Positions 62,900-64,000 of a DNA stretch of 64,000 bases are shown piece by piece. Each line of letters begins with the position of its first letter. Within the stretch, counting starts at the first letter, position 1. A program made the position numbers and the translations under genes. The stretch covers positions 124,001 through 188,000 of the forward strand of contig CBFFRP010000371.1 of NCBI GenBank assembly GCA_965644295.1. The letters are read 5' to 3'. The notes beneath the pieces are model-generated. The model was given only the letters and a program-made list of their open reading frames with translations, made no database searches and was not told the origin of the DNA. The DNA is from Paraphysomonas bandaiensis (taxonomy: Eukaryota > Protista > Chrysophyceae).

Positions 62900-63300
62900 A
62901 AAGTCGGACTCGCACCTTTTCGTGGTGTTCTGGGGGATAAGTACCGGATATATTTCTCCGGTAAACTAAGGCGAGCCGCATATATATAGTCAGAAAATAT
63001 TGTTGTTCTGCCCACTCATATAGCCTAATGCATGTTGTGTGGTACAAGGGGCACTAGTGAGTTACTTACAAGTTGTGTACTGTGTATAGACAACATTGGG
63101 CCTTGACAAATTAACAGGCATCTGGGTATGGCCCCACCTCAAGGTCATCCGGGGTATGAGGCTGCCTACTGAAGCCAAACATCCGGGCTGTTCACCTTAA
63201 GGCCACAAAGGGAATGTATATAATCTGATTATTTAGCAATATAGGCATGTAAGTGTTTAAACTATAAACAGAAATCTATCTAATACTTTAATACTAATAT
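62900..63300 (-). repeat. Unidentified dispersed degenerate coding repeat, copy D
   Basis: The longest copy; it contains the segments shared with A, B and C (LKVNS.., EWAEQ, LPEKYIR). Confidence 0.75.
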
Positions 63301-63872
63301 CCACCAATAGTGTCTGTTCATTCATATATACACTAATTGAGTTATTAAGCCGTGAGCTCTATTACAACAACATGACTTCAGAAGTTGTATTAAGATTCAC
63401 ATGCTATTTACTAGTAGCTGAAGGCTCATTCATGTATTTTCTAGTATTATTGTCTAAATAAGTATGGAATTGTTTTACAAATTACAGCCTGGCCTAAACG
63501 AACTGAACTTTCATATTATTTCACTCTCATAATACCATCACGCACCATTAATCTGCAATTCAAGCCGTGAAAAGTGTCAATGATCTTTTTCAAAGGTCAC
63601 AACCACACAAGGAGTGAAAATATTTCAATAGCATCCACGATGTCCTATACTAATGAATACACCCTCACGTATCCCTTTGATGTACAATGCAGAGTGAAGT
63701 GGTACACAGAATTACGAAAAACGTTTTAATTCGGGAAATTTCTATAATTGGGAGTTCTCTGTACCATGTATAATATCGCTCTCCCTGTCGACGTAAACGA
63801 GCCTGCTGGTGCAATCAATGTTCACAAATATGACAACTGTATATTATTACCCTTTCTTATCATTTCAATAGA

Positions 63873-63900
63873 TTAGGGTTAGGGTTAGGGTTAGGGTTAG
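63873..63900 (+). repeat. Interstitial telomeric-type repeat (TTAGGG)4TTAG
   Basis: Seen directly. Confidence 0.9.
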
Positions 63901-64000
63901 TCAGCGGGTGAAAAGTTAGCAACAGAGCATGTCCGTCAAGTGTAAATTTGTGAATGAGGTGAATTCAACATATGTCTATGACATTATTAGCCAGGAATTT

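Noticed and set aside
1-64000. Fanzor/TnpB, tRNA or rRNA genes, and non-canonical introns
   Set aside because: I found no RuvC/zinc-finger ORF and no recognisable structural RNA gene, and the introns I could resolve are GT-AG.

Overview
This is gene-dense eukaryotic nuclear DNA with short GT-AG introns and AT-rich divergent promoters. The gene and transposon repertoire suggests a stramenopile protist, possibly chrysophyte-like (inference). The first ~46 kb holds mostly housekeeping genes: calmodulin-like, UBE2S, an MFS sugar porter, eIF2B-alpha, a SulP transporter, APS kinase, CWF19L1, an EHHADH-like enzyme, p47/UBX, a HIBCH-like protein, a DHHC palmitoyltransferase and SIRT4. Unusual proteins sit among them: an RCC1-like-repeat membrane protein, a large acidic protein with about 9 copies of an unnamed helical repeat, and a C2 plus histidine-phosphatase fusion. 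From 46.5 kb the window is accessory in character: a JmjC protein with an HxA motif, a secreted His-Me nuclease, an intronless bacterial-type HutG, and a large LRR protein with about 10 TM segments that may be TMC/OSCA-channel-like. Next is a decayed LRR paralogue. It was split by a hAT transposon, whose left end is replaced by a hairpin-type palindromic footprint, and a young Ty1/copia element then inserted into the hAT. That copia has identical 293-bp TG...TA LTRs and an ATTTG TSD. The window also contains several hAT relics (one with both TIRs and an 8-bp TSD), four copies of an unidentified degenerate coding repeat and an interstitial (TTAGGG)n tract. Exon boundaries were read by eye and no database searches were run.
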